This document shows, one piece after another, positions 29,265 through 39,310 of a stretch of DNA of 64,000 nucleotides (position 1 is its first letter; the number at the start of each line of letters is the position of its first letter). The notes beneath the pieces were generated by a model. The model made no database searches. It had not been told where the DNA came from and saw nothing but the letters and a program-made list of their open reading frames with translations. The translations under genes and the position numbers were made by a program. The stretch comes from Halorussus marinus (GTDB lineage Archaea > Halobacteriota > Halobacteria > Halobacteriales > Haladaptataceae). The DNA is taken from assembly GCF_004765795.1 (NCBI RefSeq), contig NZ_SBIV01000002.1, forward strand, positions 434,001 through 498,000, given 5' to 3'.

Positions 29265-31493
29265 CTACCGACGCCCGCCCACGGTCACCAGCCAGAGCAC
29301 GCCGAGTCCGACGCCGTACGCCAGCGAGATCGGGATCGCGAGCAGGAACATCGTGTAGAGGCTGTCTGGAGTCACGAGGCCGGCGACCGCGAACACCGCG
29401 ATGGTGACCTCGCGCCACCGATCGAGCATCGCGTCGAACGGGACGATGTCCCCCCAGTGGAACAGCCACATCGTCAGGGGCACGTCGGCGAGCAGTCCGA
29501 TGCCGGCGGTGGTGAAGAACACGAGCCAGAAGAAGTTGCTGACCCGGTAAGAGATCACCATCTCGGCCCGAACCGCGTCGGCGACCAGCCACGAGATGAC
29601 GCTCGGCGCGACGAACAGGTAGCCAAGCGCGCTCCCCGCGAGCAGTCCGACCCCGATAGTGGCCGCCCAGACGCCGAACACCCGGCGGTCGCCCGACGCC
29701 AGCCCGCGCTCTTTCATCGCGGGCCACGCCCAGTACAGCAGGACGGGCACGACCGCGACCCCCGCCAACAGCGTCGATATCTTCACCTCGAAGATGAGCG
29801 CCTCGACCGGGTGGAGCACCACGATGTCGAGGATTTCGCCGCTCGACCCGGGCTCGGGGCGGACGTCCGCCGGGACCCGTTGGAGGAAGTCCTGGCGGAT
29901 GATACCGATCCCGCCCATGTAGAGGGCCGTGAACACCGCGGCGAGCACGGCCATGAAGATGCCGACGAGCCAGAACACCTTCGAGGTGAGGCTGTCGAGG
30001 ATGAACCGGATGTCGTAGTACCATCCGCCGATGTCCTCCTCGGTGGTCTCGTCTTCGGTGAACGCGTCGGCCATCCCCGCGGCGGTGCTCTGGACCGGAT
30101 TGGCCGAGTCCTCGGGGTCGTCAGGGGACGACTCCCCGGCGTCGCCGTCGGCGACCTCGGCGTCCCCGGTCGCGGCCGCCGCGGCTTCGTCGTCGGCCTC
30201 CTCGTCGTCGGGGTTGAGTTCGTCGTAGCGGTCGAGGATCGCCTGGGCCTTCTCGGCCTCGTCTTCGTCCATCGCCTGCCGTGCGTAGCCGACCGCGTCC
30301 TCCTCGCTCATCTCCTCGAACACCTCCGGCGGAGCGGCCCGGACCGCGCCCGCGTCGAGCGGGCCGAGGTCGATGTCGGCGGGCGAGCCGCCGCGAGCGG
30401 GCCTCGGACCCGTGTCGACTTCGTCGAGCGCCCGGAAGAAGTAGTAGAGCACCGCGAGCGCGAGCGTCACGACCGCGAGCGCGCCGGCGACCGCCAGCAC
30501 CGACTGGGTCCGCGGGAGCCCGACGACCGACTCGACCGGCGGGAGCTGGTAGTCGGCCGGGAGCGAGTCGTTGACCGTCTCGCGGCCGCCGCCGGTCAGC
30601 GCCATCCGGACGCCGAGGAAGACGAGGACGGGCGCGCCGAGGATCCGGATCCAGTCGTCGCGGATCACGCCGGCGAGGCTGAGCTGTTCGCTCCCGCGCT
30701 TGAGCGTCACCACGGCCTTGGTGAGATAGAGGCTAAAGACGTACAGCAGGATGAGCGGCGTCGCCCACATCAGCTGGGTGAACGGGTCCGGAGGCGAGGC
30801 GAGGGCGCCGAACAGGAAGATGCCGAGGATCGCGTAGCGCCACTTGTCCCGGAACGTCTCGTAGGGGACGATCCCCGTGTAGCCGAGCCCGCTCATCGCG
30901 AGCGGGAGCTCGGCGGCGAGGCCGAACGACAGCGAGAGAAAGAGGATGAACTCGGTCCACTTCACGATCGAGTAGTTGGTCTGGAACCCCGCGGACGTGG
31001 CGTTGTCCGCGAGAAACTGGAACATCAGCGGGAAGAAGACCAGATAGCCGTAGAGGATGCCGCCGAAAAAGAGCGCGAACGCGAGGACCGCGAGCGTCGC
31101 GATCTTCCACCGGGCGATCGGGGACTGGGGGTGCCACGACTTGTCCCGGAACTCGTCGCGGGCGTAGTACAGCAACATCGGCACCGAAAACAGGATCCCG
31201 ACGACGAGGCCGATCTTCGCCTGCAGGAGGATGACGTCGAACGGCGTCACCGCGACGACGTTGATGCTCTCGGCGAGGTCCGGCGACATCTGGGCGGTCG
31301 TGACCTCCTTGAGATAGGGCCAGCCGGCGCCCCGGATCGCGTAGAAGCTCGCCAGAAAGCCCAGCAGGAACACCACGAACACCTTCCGGAGGTGGTCCTG
31401 GGCGGTCGAGAGCATCGCACCGACGGTCTCGCGCCCGCTGTTGACCGCGCGGGCGGTGTCCTCGTCGACGATGCTACTTCCAGTTCCAGACAT
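29265..31493 (-). CDS. tatC: Twin-arginine translocase TatC, tandem-domain form (TatCt)
   Basis: Two TatC-like units (TPFDVILLQAKIG...PPDPFTQ and HPVEALIFEVK...TPDSLYTM) joined by an acidic linker. Confidence 0.93.
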   Translation of the reverse strand: MSGTGSSIVDEDTARAVNSGRETVGAMLSTAQDHLRKVFVVFLLGFLASFYAIRGAGWPYLKEVTTAQMSPDLAESINVVAVTPFDVILLQAKIGLVVGILFSVPMLLYYARDEFRDKSWHPQSPIARWKIATLAVLAFALFFGGILYGYLVFFPLMFQFLADNATSAGFQTNYSIVKWTEFILFLSLSFGLAAELPLAMSGLGYTGIVPYETFRDKWRYAILGIFLFGALASPPDPFTQLMWATPLILLYVFSLYLTKAVVTLKRGSEQLSLAGVIRDDWIRILGAPVLVFLGVRMALTGGGRETVNDSLPADYQLPPVESVVGLPRTQSVLAVAGALAVVTLALAVLYYFFRALDEVDTGPRPARGGSPADIDLGPLDAGAVRAAPPEVFEEMSEEDAVGYARQAMDEDEAEKAQAILDRYDELNPDDEEADDEAAAAATGDAEVADGDAGESSPDDPEDSANPVQSTAAGMADAFTEDETTEEDIGGWYYDIRFILDSLTSKVFWLVGIFMAVLAAVFTALYMGGIGIIRQDFLQRVPADVRPEPGSSGEILDIVVLHPVEALIFEVKISTLLAGVAVVPVLLYWAWPAMKERGLASGDRRVFGVWAATIGVGLLAGSALGYLFVAPSVISWLVADAVRAEMVISYRVSNFFWLVFFTTAGIGLLADVPLTMWLFHWGDIVPFDAMLDRWREVTIAVFAVAGLVTPDSLYTMFLLAIPISLAYGVGLGVLWLVTVGGRR

Positions 31494-31721
31494 TCCTTGG
31501 ACGTGGTAGCCGTGTCTCGGTTATCAATCTTCTTGTTAAACCGGAGAATCGACCGTCACGCGCCCGCGCTCGCCCGGCGACGAGGTCGGTTCGATCTCGT
31601 CGCGAAGGAGGTATCAATCCCGGTCGAGTCGCGCGGGGCCGGCGCTTGGACCCCTCGTGGCGCCCGGTTTTCGGGGCGCTCGCAAAAGGCCTATAATAGA
31701 GCCCGCGCTTAGACCGACTGA

Positions 31722-32561
31722 ATGGCTGACGAACCGGAGGCGACCGCGAGCAACATTTCCCCAGCGACGCCCGAGGACGGCTCGGAGTCGCTGGGGGACC
31801 GCGACCCTACCGGCCCGACAGCGCCCGAAGAGCCCCTCGAAGACGAGGAGATGCCGCTCGCCGACCACATCGAGGAGATGGTCAAGCGGCTCGCGGTCGT
31901 CGTCGTCGTCGCCGGCGGGATCACCGCCATCGCGCTTCCGTTCGCCGAGGAGGTCATCAACTTCCTCTGGAACGACATCATCTCGATCGCGGAGGTCGGC
32001 GATCAGGGCCGCCCCCGGATCTACCACCCGCTCGCGCTGGTGTTGACCGAACTCAAGGTCGCCAGCCTCGCGGGCATCATCGTGGCGCTCCCGATCTTCG
32101 TCTACCAGACGTACCTTTTCATGCGACCCGGCCTCTACCCCCACGAGCGGCGCTACTACCTCGCGGCGGTGCCGACGAGCCTCGTGTTGGCGTTCGTCGG
32201 CGTCAGCTTCGCCCACTTTGCCGTGTTGCCCGCGATCTTTACCTACTTCATCTACTACACCGAGGGCCCGACCGACCTGCTCGCGTTCGGGCTGACCAAG
32301 ACGTTCAACCTCATCCTGATGCTGATGGGGTATCTGGCGGTGGTGTTCCAGATCCCGCTGTTTATCATGCTCGCCATCATGATGGGGCTGACCACCCGAC
32401 GGTGGCTCGCCGACCGGCGGTTGCTGTTTTGGGGGGCGTTCCTCGGCGTCTCGTTCCTGTTCACCCCCGACCCGACCGGGATGGCGCCGATCCTCACCAC
32501 CGCGACGATGATCCTGCTGTTCGAGGGCACGCTGTTGCTCCTGAAGTGGACCGGTCGGTGA
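31722..32561 (+). CDS. tatC: Twin-arginine translocase TatC, single-domain form (TatCo)
   Basis: EMPLADHIEEM, FMRPGLYPHER, FQIP and TPDPTG motifs. Confidence 0.95.
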   Translation: MADEPEATASNISPATPEDGSESLGDRDPTGPTAPEEPLEDEEMPLADHIEEMVKRLAVVVVVAGGITAIALPFAEEVINFLWNDIISIAEVGDQGRPRIYHPLALVLTELKVASLAGIIVALPIFVYQTYLFMRPGLYPHERRYYLAAVPTSLVLAFVGVSFAHFAVLPAIFTYFIYYTEGPTDLLAFGLTKTFNLILMLMGYLAVVFQIPLFIMLAIMMGLTTRRWLADRRLLFWGAFLGVSFLFTPDPTGMAPILTTATMILLFEGTLLLLKWTGR

Positions 32562-32637
32562 GGAGTCCCGTCCGGTCAACGACAAATTTCACGAGCGTAA
32601 TCGGCATATAACTAAGGCGGGCGAATCCGTAGGTGTT

Positions 32638-32742
32638 CGTAGCGTTCGTGCCTGCCACTTAGCTCGCGTGCCAGCAGCTACAATACGCAGTTCGCGTGCC
32701 AGCAAACTGCCACCCTGGGTGCGAACGCCCATACAACTTTCT
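32638..32742 (+). ncRNA. Putative structured small RNA with twin identical-loop hairpins
   Basis: TATA (TATAAC 32607-32612); closing stem 32642-32653/32717-32728; hairpins 32660-32680 and 32687-32710 share the loop CGCGTGCCAGC; 3' CTTTCT; no ATG on the plus strand; ends approximate. Confidence 0.6.
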
Positions 32743-32775
32743 CGGGTCCCGAGCCGACAGCGACCGCGCCGGGCG

Positions 32776-33663
32776 CTACTCGCCGGTCGGGTACTCCGCC
32801 GCGAACACGTCCTCGACCACCGGCTCGTCCGCCCCGTCGGCGTCGGGGTCGGCCTCGCGTTCGGGGCTGACGCTCCCCGTCTGGTAGCCGTGGAGGTCGA
32901 GAGTGACGTGTTCGAAGCCGATCTCGGTCAGCCGGTCGCGGACCGCCGCCGCGAAGTCGGGGTCGAGCGCGACGTCGAGTTCGTCGCGACCGACCTCGAT
33001 GCGGGCGAGTCCGTCGTGGTCGCGCACTCGAAACTGGTCGAACCCCCAGTCCCGGAGCACCGCCTCGGCGCGCTCGACCCGGGTGAGTTTCTCCTCGGTG
33101 ACCTCGAGGCCGGTGGGGATCCGCGAGGAGAGACACGCCATCGAGGGCTTGTCCGCGACCGAGAGATCGTACTCGTCGGCGAGCTCGCGGACCTCGTCTT
33201 TGGTGACTCCGTGGGCGAGCAACGGCGAGTAGGCGTCGAGCTCCTCGACCGCCTGGAGTCCCGGGCGGTGGCCGCCGTCGGCGTCGCTGGCGTTGGTGCC
33301 GTCACAGACCACCGGGATGTCGAGTCGCTCGGCGGTCTCGAACATCTTGCCGAGCCGCATCGTCCGGCAGTGGTAACACCGGTCGCCGTCGTTCTCGACG
33401 AAGTCGGGGTCCTCGAGCTCCGAGAAGGAGACGATCTCGTGGCGGATGCCGATCTCCTCGGCGACCCGGGTGGCGTCGTCCAGTTCGGCGGCCGGCAGGG
33501 TCTCGCTCTTGGCGGTACACGCCACGGCGTCCTCGCCCAGCGCATCGCGGGCCAGCGCCGCGACCACGCTCGAATCGACGCCGCCCGAGAACGCGACCAC
33601 GACGCCCTCCCGGTCGGCGAGGTCGTCTCTGATCGCCTGCGCTTTCGCCTCGACTGAAGCCAT
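32776..33663 (-). CDS. larE: LarE ATP-dependent sulfur transferase (nickel-pincer cofactor synthesis)
   Basis: AFSGGVDSS PP-loop, RCYHC, DGTNASD, RPG, ACLSSRIP, RVRDH. Confidence 0.93.
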   Translation of the reverse strand: MASVEAKAQAIRDDLADREGVVVAFSGGVDSSVVAALARDALGEDAVACTAKSETLPAAELDDATRVAEEIGIRHEIVSFSELEDPDFVENDGDRCYHCRTMRLGKMFETAERLDIPVVCDGTNASDADGGHRPGLQAVEELDAYSPLLAHGVTKDEVRELADEYDLSVADKPSMACLSSRIPTGLEVTEEKLTRVERAEAVLRDWGFDQFRVRDHDGLARIEVGRDELDVALDPDFAAAVRDRLTEIGFEHVTLDLHGYQTGSVSPEREADPDADGADEPVVEDVFAAEYPTGE

Positions 33664-33801
33664 GTCCCGAGCTTTGGGACGGACGGGAGAAAAGCGCGTT
33701 GGACGCCACGTCGGCGGGGTCGGCGAACGCGGCCCGTCCCGGGCGTCGACGCCCCGCCGACCCGCGAACGTTTTTAAACCAGCGGTCGGAACTACGCCCC
33801 G

Positions 33802-35781
33802 ATGGAGCTGGAGGCCATATCCGGCGTCGGCTCGAAGACCGCCGCGGCGCTCGCGGAGCTCGACGACCCCGAGGGCGCGCTCGAATCGGGCGACGTGGCC
33901 GCGCTCGCGAGCGCGCCGGGCATCTCGGAGGGCCGGGCCGCCAGTATCGCGCGGGCGGCGATCCGAGAGCGCCACGACGACCCCGGCGGCTTCCTGGCGA
34001 CCGATCGAGCGACCGAGCTCTACCGGGCGGTGCTCGGCCTGCTTCGGGAGCGCACCGTCACGAGCTACGGCGAGAAGCGCCTCGAAACGCTCTACCCGAG
34101 CGGCGTGCGCTCGCGGATCGAGGAGGTCAGGGCGTTCGCCGAGCGGGCGCTCGACCGCGACCCCGACGAGGACGTACTGGGGGCGCTCGCCGACGTCGAA
34201 CCGCTCGCCGAGCCCCGCGACGTGGTGGTTCGAGACCGGTGTCTGGCGACCGCCGACGCCGAGCGCTACAGCGAGGCCCAGCAGGCGATCCCCGAGCTCA
34301 GCGTCGAGGTGGTCGAAGACGCCCGGGACCTCGCGGACCTCGCGCGGGGGTACTCGACGGTCGTCGCGCTCGACGAGGCGTTTGCGGGCGTGAGCGTCGA
34401 CGGCGACGTGCGAGTCGAGCCCGACGCCCTGGAGCGGCCGGCCGACGTGGTGCCCGAGCGCTCGCTCGCGTTCTTCGCGGCGAACCGCGACAGCCTCCGG
34501 GCCGCCGCCGCGGTCCACCGGGCGGCCGGCATCGACCCGCCGCTGGACCTCGACGCGCTGGAGGACGCCCTCGACCGGGTCGACGCCGACGGCACCGTCG
34601 TCGGCGACGACGAACTCGACCGGCTGAGTCGGGCGATCGACGATCTGGACGCCGCGGTCGCGACCGCCGAGAGCGTCGCCAACGACCACCTCCGGGACGC
34701 GATCGAGGAGCGGGACGTGACCGTCGAGGGGTCGGACCTGCTCTCGCTGGTCGAACAGGGCGCGGGCGTCGACTCGCTTCTGTCCCGGGAGCTCAGCGAC
34801 GAGTACGCCGCCGCGGTCGCGGCGGCCCGCGACCACCTCGCGGAGGCGCTCGACCTCGACAGCGGGGAAGCCGAACTCGCCCGCCGGGCGTTCCCCGAAG
34901 AACCCGCCTTCCCGGTCGAGCACGACGAGGAGACGGTCTCGCGGCTCCGCGAGGACCTCGTCGCCGCCAGAGACCGCCGAGCGGCCCGCCGCAAGCGCGA
35001 GCTCGCGGCCGACCTCGCCGACCGGCGCGAGGACGCCGCGGCGCTCGTCCGGACCGCGCTCGAACTCGACGTCGAGCTCGCGGTCGCGCGGTTCGCCGCC
35101 GACTTCGACTGTACGATGCCGGCGTTCGTCGGCGACGGCGAGTCCGGCTTCGACATCGAGGCCGGGCGCTCGCCGCTTTTGGACGTCGGGTTCGATGCCG
35201 TCGAGCCGGTCGACTACGCGGTCTCGGACGTGGCGTTGCTCTCGGGGGTCAACAGCGGCGGGAAGACCTCGACGCTCGATCTGGTCGCGCTCGTGGCGAT
35301 TCTGGCCCACATGGGGCTCCCGGTGCCCGCCGAGTCGGTCCGGATCGAGCGCGTCTCGGAGCTCCACTACCACGCCAAGACCCAGGGGACGCTCGACGCG
35401 GGCGCGTTCGAGTCGACGCTCCGGGAGTTCGCGGGGCTGACCGACGGGAGCGCCGACCGGCTGGTGCTGGTCGACGAGTTAGAGAGCATCACCGAGCCGG
35501 GCGCGTCCGCCAAGATCATCGCGGGCATCCTCGAAGCGCTCCGCGGCGAGGACGTGACCGGCGTGTTCGTCTCGCACCTCGCGGCCGAGATCCGCGAGAT
35601 GGCCGACTACGACGTGCCGGTCGACGGCATCGAGGCCGAGGGGCTCGAAGACGGCGAACTGGTGGTGAACCGCTCGCCGGTGAAAAATCACCTCGCGCGC
35701 TCGACGCCCGAACTCATCGTCGAGAAGCTCTCGGACGGCGACGACGGCGGGTTCTACGACCGACTGCTAGAGAAGTTCTGA
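33802..35781 (+). CDS. Archaeal MutS-related (MutS5-type) ATPase with N-terminal HhH
   Basis: ISGVGSKTA HhH; SGVNSGGKTS Walker A; LDAGAFES; LVDELESITE; FVSH. Confidence 0.88.
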   Translation: MELEAISGVGSKTAAALAELDDPEGALESGDVAALASAPGISEGRAASIARAAIRERHDDPGGFLATDRATELYRAVLGLLRERTVTSYGEKRLETLYPSGVRSRIEEVRAFAERALDRDPDEDVLGALADVEPLAEPRDVVVRDRCLATADAERYSEAQQAIPELSVEVVEDARDLADLARGYSTVVALDEAFAGVSVDGDVRVEPDALERPADVVPERSLAFFAANRDSLRAAAAVHRAAGIDPPLDLDALEDALDRVDADGTVVGDDELDRLSRAIDDLDAAVATAESVANDHLRDAIEERDVTVEGSDLLSLVEQGAGVDSLLSRELSDEYAAAVAAARDHLAEALDLDSGEAELARRAFPEEPAFPVEHDEETVSRLREDLVAARDRRAARRKRELAADLADRREDAAALVRTALELDVELAVARFAADFDCTMPAFVGDGESGFDIEAGRSPLLDVGFDAVEPVDYAVSDVALLSGVNSGGKTSTLDLVALVAILAHMGLPVPAESVRIERVSELHYHAKTQGTLDAGAFESTLREFAGLTDGSADRLVLVDELESITEPGASAKIIAGILEALRGEDVTGVFVSHLAAEIREMADYDVPVDGIEAEGLEDGELVVNRSPVKNHLARSTPELIVEKLSDGDDGGFYDRLLEKF

Positions 35782-36057
35782 GAGCCGTTTCCGGTCGCGT
35801 CTGGGCGCCGAGCGTGGGTTCGTTGGACCGACGGGACGGCGACGGCCGGGTCGGCGCCGCGGGTGGGGCCCGACTCGCGCGGAGATCCGAGTCGGCCCGG
35901 AAGGTAGATCTAGTGACAGATGATACATCCTACATCGTTCGAGCGCAACGGCCACCAGTCCCGATCCCGACCCCCGAATCGGTCGGGAGGACGCCTCTAC
36001 GCGCCGGAATTTCCGGGCGCCGAAAGATTAAGTAGTTGGAAGAGCGTGGTGAAAGTG

Positions 36058-37188
36058 ATGGCAGAGGACCCCGACGAGGGGATGCTCTCGTGGGACGAGA
36101 CCGTGTTCCGGGACGAACACGTCTTCGAGATCGACTACGTGCCCGAGACCTTCGCTCACCGGGAGAGCCAGATGGAGAGTCTCAAGTACGCGCTCCGTCC
36201 CGCCGCACGCGGGTCGCGGCCGCTGAACGTCATCTCCCGCGGGCCGCCGGGCACGGGCAAGACCACGGCGGTCCAGAAGCTGTTCGGCGAGCTGTCGTCC
36301 CAGACCGACGTCCGCACGGTGCGGGTGAACTGTCAGGTCGACTCGACGCGCTACTCGGTGTTCTCCCGCATCTTCGAGGGGATCTTCGAGTACGAGCCCC
36401 CGTCGTCGGGCATCTCGTTCAAGAAGCTGTTCCGCCAGATCACCGAGAAGCTGGTCGAGGACGACGAGGTGCTGGTGGTCGCGCTCGACGACGTGAACTA
36501 TCTCTTCTACGAGGGCGAGGCCTCGGATACGCTCTACTCGCTGTTGCGAGCCCACGAGGCACACTCGGGCGCGAAGATCGGGGTCGTGGTGGTCTCGTCG
36601 GACCTCAACCTCGACGTGATCGAGGAGCTCGACGGCCGGGTCCAGAGCGTCTTCCGGCCCGAGGAGGTGTACTTTCCGGTGTACGACCCCGAGGAGATCG
36701 TCGACATCCTCGGCGCACGCATCGACCGGGGGTTCCACGACGACGTCGTCCCGCCGGCGGTCCTCGACGAGGTGGCCAAACTCACCGCCGAGAGCGGCGA
36801 CCTCCGGGTCGGGATCGACCTCCTGCGGCGGGCGGGGCTGAACGCCGAGATGCGCGCGAGCAAGACCGTCAGCGTCGACGACGTCGAGGAGGCCTACGAG
36901 AAGTCCAAGTACGTCCATCTCAGTCACAGCCTCCGGGCGCTCAACGAGAGCGAGCTCGAACTGCTAGAGGTCATCGCCGAGCACGACGGCGAGCAGGCCG
37001 GTGACGTGTACGACGCCTTCCACGACCGGACCGATCTGGGCTACACCCGCTACTCCGAGATCATCAACAAGCTCGATCAACTCGACATCATCGACGCGAC
37101 CTACACCAACGTCGAGGGCCGGGGCCGGTCCCGACAGCTCTCGCTTCGCTACGACCCCGAAGCGGTGTTGAACCGACTGGAAGAGTAG
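36058..37188 (+). CDS. cdc6: Orc1/Cdc6 family replication initiator paralogue
   Basis: YVPETFAHRE, GPPGTGKT, VALDD, GDLRVGIDLL and a C-terminal wHTH ending GRGRSR. Confidence 0.95.
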   Translation: MAEDPDEGMLSWDETVFRDEHVFEIDYVPETFAHRESQMESLKYALRPAARGSRPLNVISRGPPGTGKTTAVQKLFGELSSQTDVRTVRVNCQVDSTRYSVFSRIFEGIFEYEPPSSGISFKKLFRQITEKLVEDDEVLVVALDDVNYLFYEGEASDTLYSLLRAHEAHSGAKIGVVVVSSDLNLDVIEELDGRVQSVFRPEEVYFPVYDPEEIVDILGARIDRGFHDDVVPPAVLDEVAKLTAESGDLRVGIDLLRRAGLNAEMRASKTVSVDDVEEAYEKSKYVHLSHSLRALNESELELLEVIAEHDGEQAGDVYDAFHDRTDLGYTRYSEIINKLDQLDIIDATYTNVEGRGRSRQLSLRYDPEAVLNRLEE

Positions 37189-37203
37189 CGGTCCGTCGAC
37201 CGG

Positions 37204-38445
37204 TCACTCGTAACGGAGCGCGTCGATGGGGTCGGTCCGGGCGGCGTTCCACGCCGGATACAGCCCCGCGACGACGCCGACGAGCAGGCCGACCCCGACC
37301 GCGATGGCGAACCACTCGAGGGGAAACACCAGCGACAGCCCGACGTACTCGGCGGCGGCGTACGCGCCCAGGATTCCGACCGGAACGCCCGCGACCGCGC
37401 CGAACACGCCGAGCATCACCGCCTCCAGCAAGAACAGCTGGAGCACGTCGCGCTTCTGGGCGCCGACCGCCTTCATGATCCCGATCTCGCGGGTCCGTTC
37501 GGTCACGCTCACGAGCATCATGTTGGCGATCCCGATCGAGCCGACGATCAGCGAGATGACCGCGATCCCGGTCACGAAGTCGGTGAGCGTGCTCAACAGC
37601 TCCTCGATCTGGTCGACGAGGTCCTGATCGGTCCGGACCGAGAAGGCGTAGTCGTCGGGCACGAGCGCCGCGGCGTCCGAGCGGTCGTCGAGGTACGCCC
37701 GGACGTCGGTCTTGGCGCCGGCGACCGCGCCGAAGTCCTCGGCGATCACCGTCACCGTCGGATAGACGCGCTGGGTCTCGCCGGTCTCGGGGCTCTCGAT
37801 GGTCGTCCCGTAGAAGGGGTCGGTCGGCACGAACACCAGCGGCTGGGAGTCCAGCCCCGCGAAGGGGCCCCCGCCCGCCGAGGCGTTGAGCAGTCCGACC
37901 ACCTCGGCGCCGACCGACTCGCCCGACGCGAGCCGCAGGGTCACCTCGTCGCCGACGACCGCCTGCGTCTCGAACAGCCGGGCGGCCCGCTCGTTCAACA
38001 CGACCTCGCGCTCGCCCTGCCGGAAGGGCCGGCCGGCGGCAAACGACGCCGAGTCGAACGACGCCGGCGAGGTGGCGATCACCTGCCGCTGGGCGACCGT
38101 GTCCCCGCCCGACGAGACCGCCGCCGTCGGGACGATCCCGCGCGGAACGACCGCCGAGACGCCCGAGAGCGCCCGGAGTTCGTCGAGGTCGCGCTCGGTG
38201 AACACCGGCTGGGCGCCCGCGCCCGGCCCGCCGTTCTGACCCTCCGGGCCGGCCCAGACGTAGACGTTCGGGGTGCGCTCGCCGCCGACCTGCCCGAGGA
38301 TGTCGGCCTGCAGGCTCGCCCCGAGGGTGACGAAGGTGATGACCGCGCCCACGCCGATCACGACCCCGAGGACGGTCAGCGCCGACCGGAGCTTGTGGCT
38401 CCGGATCGCCCGCCAGCTGAGCCGGAAGCTCTCGGCGGCGTCCAT
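37204..38445 (-). CDS. MacB/FtsX-type ABC permease
   Basis: KLRSALTVLGVVIGV, GIANMMLVSVTERTREIGIMKAVGA, GLYPAWNAARTDPIDALRYE. Confidence 0.93.
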   Translation of the reverse strand: MDAAESFRLSWRAIRSHKLRSALTVLGVVIGVGAVITFVTLGASLQADILGQVGGERTPNVYVWAGPEGQNGGPGAGAQPVFTERDLDELRALSGVSAVVPRGIVPTAAVSSGGDTVAQRQVIATSPASFDSASFAAGRPFRQGEREVVLNERAARLFETQAVVGDEVTLRLASGESVGAEVVGLLNASAGGGPFAGLDSQPLVFVPTDPFYGTTIESPETGETQRVYPTVTVIAEDFGAVAGAKTDVRAYLDDRSDAAALVPDDYAFSVRTDQDLVDQIEELLSTLTDFVTGIAVISLIVGSIGIANMMLVSVTERTREIGIMKAVGAQKRDVLQLFLLEAVMLGVFGAVAGVPVGILGAYAAAEYVGLSLVFPLEWFAIAVGVGLLVGVVAGLYPAWNAARTDPIDALRYE

Positions 38446-39200
38446 CAGACGTCGGTCTCGACGCGGCGGGGCGATTCGATCTCCTCGACGCGCTCGATCG
38501 TGCCGTCAAGGACGTGGATCACGCGCTCGGCGTGCTCGGCGATGGGCCGCTCGTGGGTCACCATCAGGACGGTGTGGCCCTCGTCGTGGAGCCGCTGGAA
38601 CAGGCCCATGATCTGCTCGCCGGTCTCCTGATCGAGGTTGCCGGTCGGCTCGTCGGCGAGGATGATGGCGGGGTCGGTCACGAGCGCCCGCGCGATCGCG
38701 ACCCGCTGGCGCTGACCGCCCGACAGCTCGTTGGGCCGGTGGTCGGTCCGGTCGCCGAGCCCGACCTCCGCAAGCACCGCCTCGGCGCGGTCGCGCCGAT
38801 CGCTCCGCGAGACGCCCTGAAACACAAGCGGGAGCGCGACGTTCTCGGCCGCGGTGAGCTTCGGCATGAGGTTGAACGTCTGGAACACGAACCCGATCTC
38901 GTCGCCCCGGACCCGCGTGCGGTCCCGATCGGAGAGCTCCGAGACCTCGGTGCCGTTGACGAACACCTCGCCCTCGCTCGCGGTGTCGAGACAGCCGATG
39001 AGGTTGAGGAGCGTGCTCTTGCCCGACCCGCTCGGTCCCATGACCGCGGTGTACGAACCGCGGGGTATCGAGAGGGTCACCCCGTCGAGCGCGTGGACCG
39101 GTTCGCCGAGGTAGTAGGTCTTTCGCACGTCGCGAAGCGACACCGCGTCCTCGCGGTCGGGCCCCACGTCGGGCGCGGAGTCCGAGTGACTGGCGGCCAT
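38445..39200 (-). CDS. LolD/MacB-type ABC ATP-binding protein
   Basis: [47 protein letters not shown]. Confidence 0.93.
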   Translation of the reverse strand: MAASHSDSAPDVGPDREDAVSLRDVRKTYYLGEPVHALDGVTLSIPRGSYTAVMGPSGSGKSTLLNLIGCLDTASEGEVFVNGTEVSELSDRDRTRVRGDEIGFVFQTFNLMPKLTAAENVALPLVFQGVSRSDRRDRAEAVLAEVGLGDRTDHRPNELSGGQRQRVAIARALVTDPAIILADEPTGNLDQETGEQIMGLFQRLHDEGHTVLMVTHERPIAEHAERVIHVLDGTIERVEEIESPRRVETDV

Positions 39201-39310
39201 TTCACACGAGGTACGGGGCCGACTGGCAAAACGGTGGCGCCCGTTGGGCACCCAAACGGATCGTTGCGAGGTCGGCCACACTTTTGGGGGCGGAAACCGG
39301 AGGTGGCGCC

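Noticed and set aside
29265..32561. Two divergent tatC genes, one with doubled domains, as a novelty
   Set aside because: The TatCo/TatCt pair is the established haloarchaeal arrangement.
32668..32687. GTGCCAGCAGC...AATACG as a 16S rRNA gene fragment
   Set aside because: Only 11 nt match exactly and there is no flanking rRNA sequence; kept only as a remark on the sRNA candidate.
32660..32710. 13-bp direct repeat as a mini-CRISPR or H/ACA guide RNA
   Set aside because: Two copies 28 nt apart, too short for CRISPR and no cas genes; no K-turn or clear pseudouridylation pocket seen.
35782..36057. Possible replication origin upstream of orc1/cdc6
   Set aside because: No ORB repeats (TTCCAGTGGAAAC-like with G-string) and no extended AT-rich unwinding element seen; probably a paralogue without an origin.
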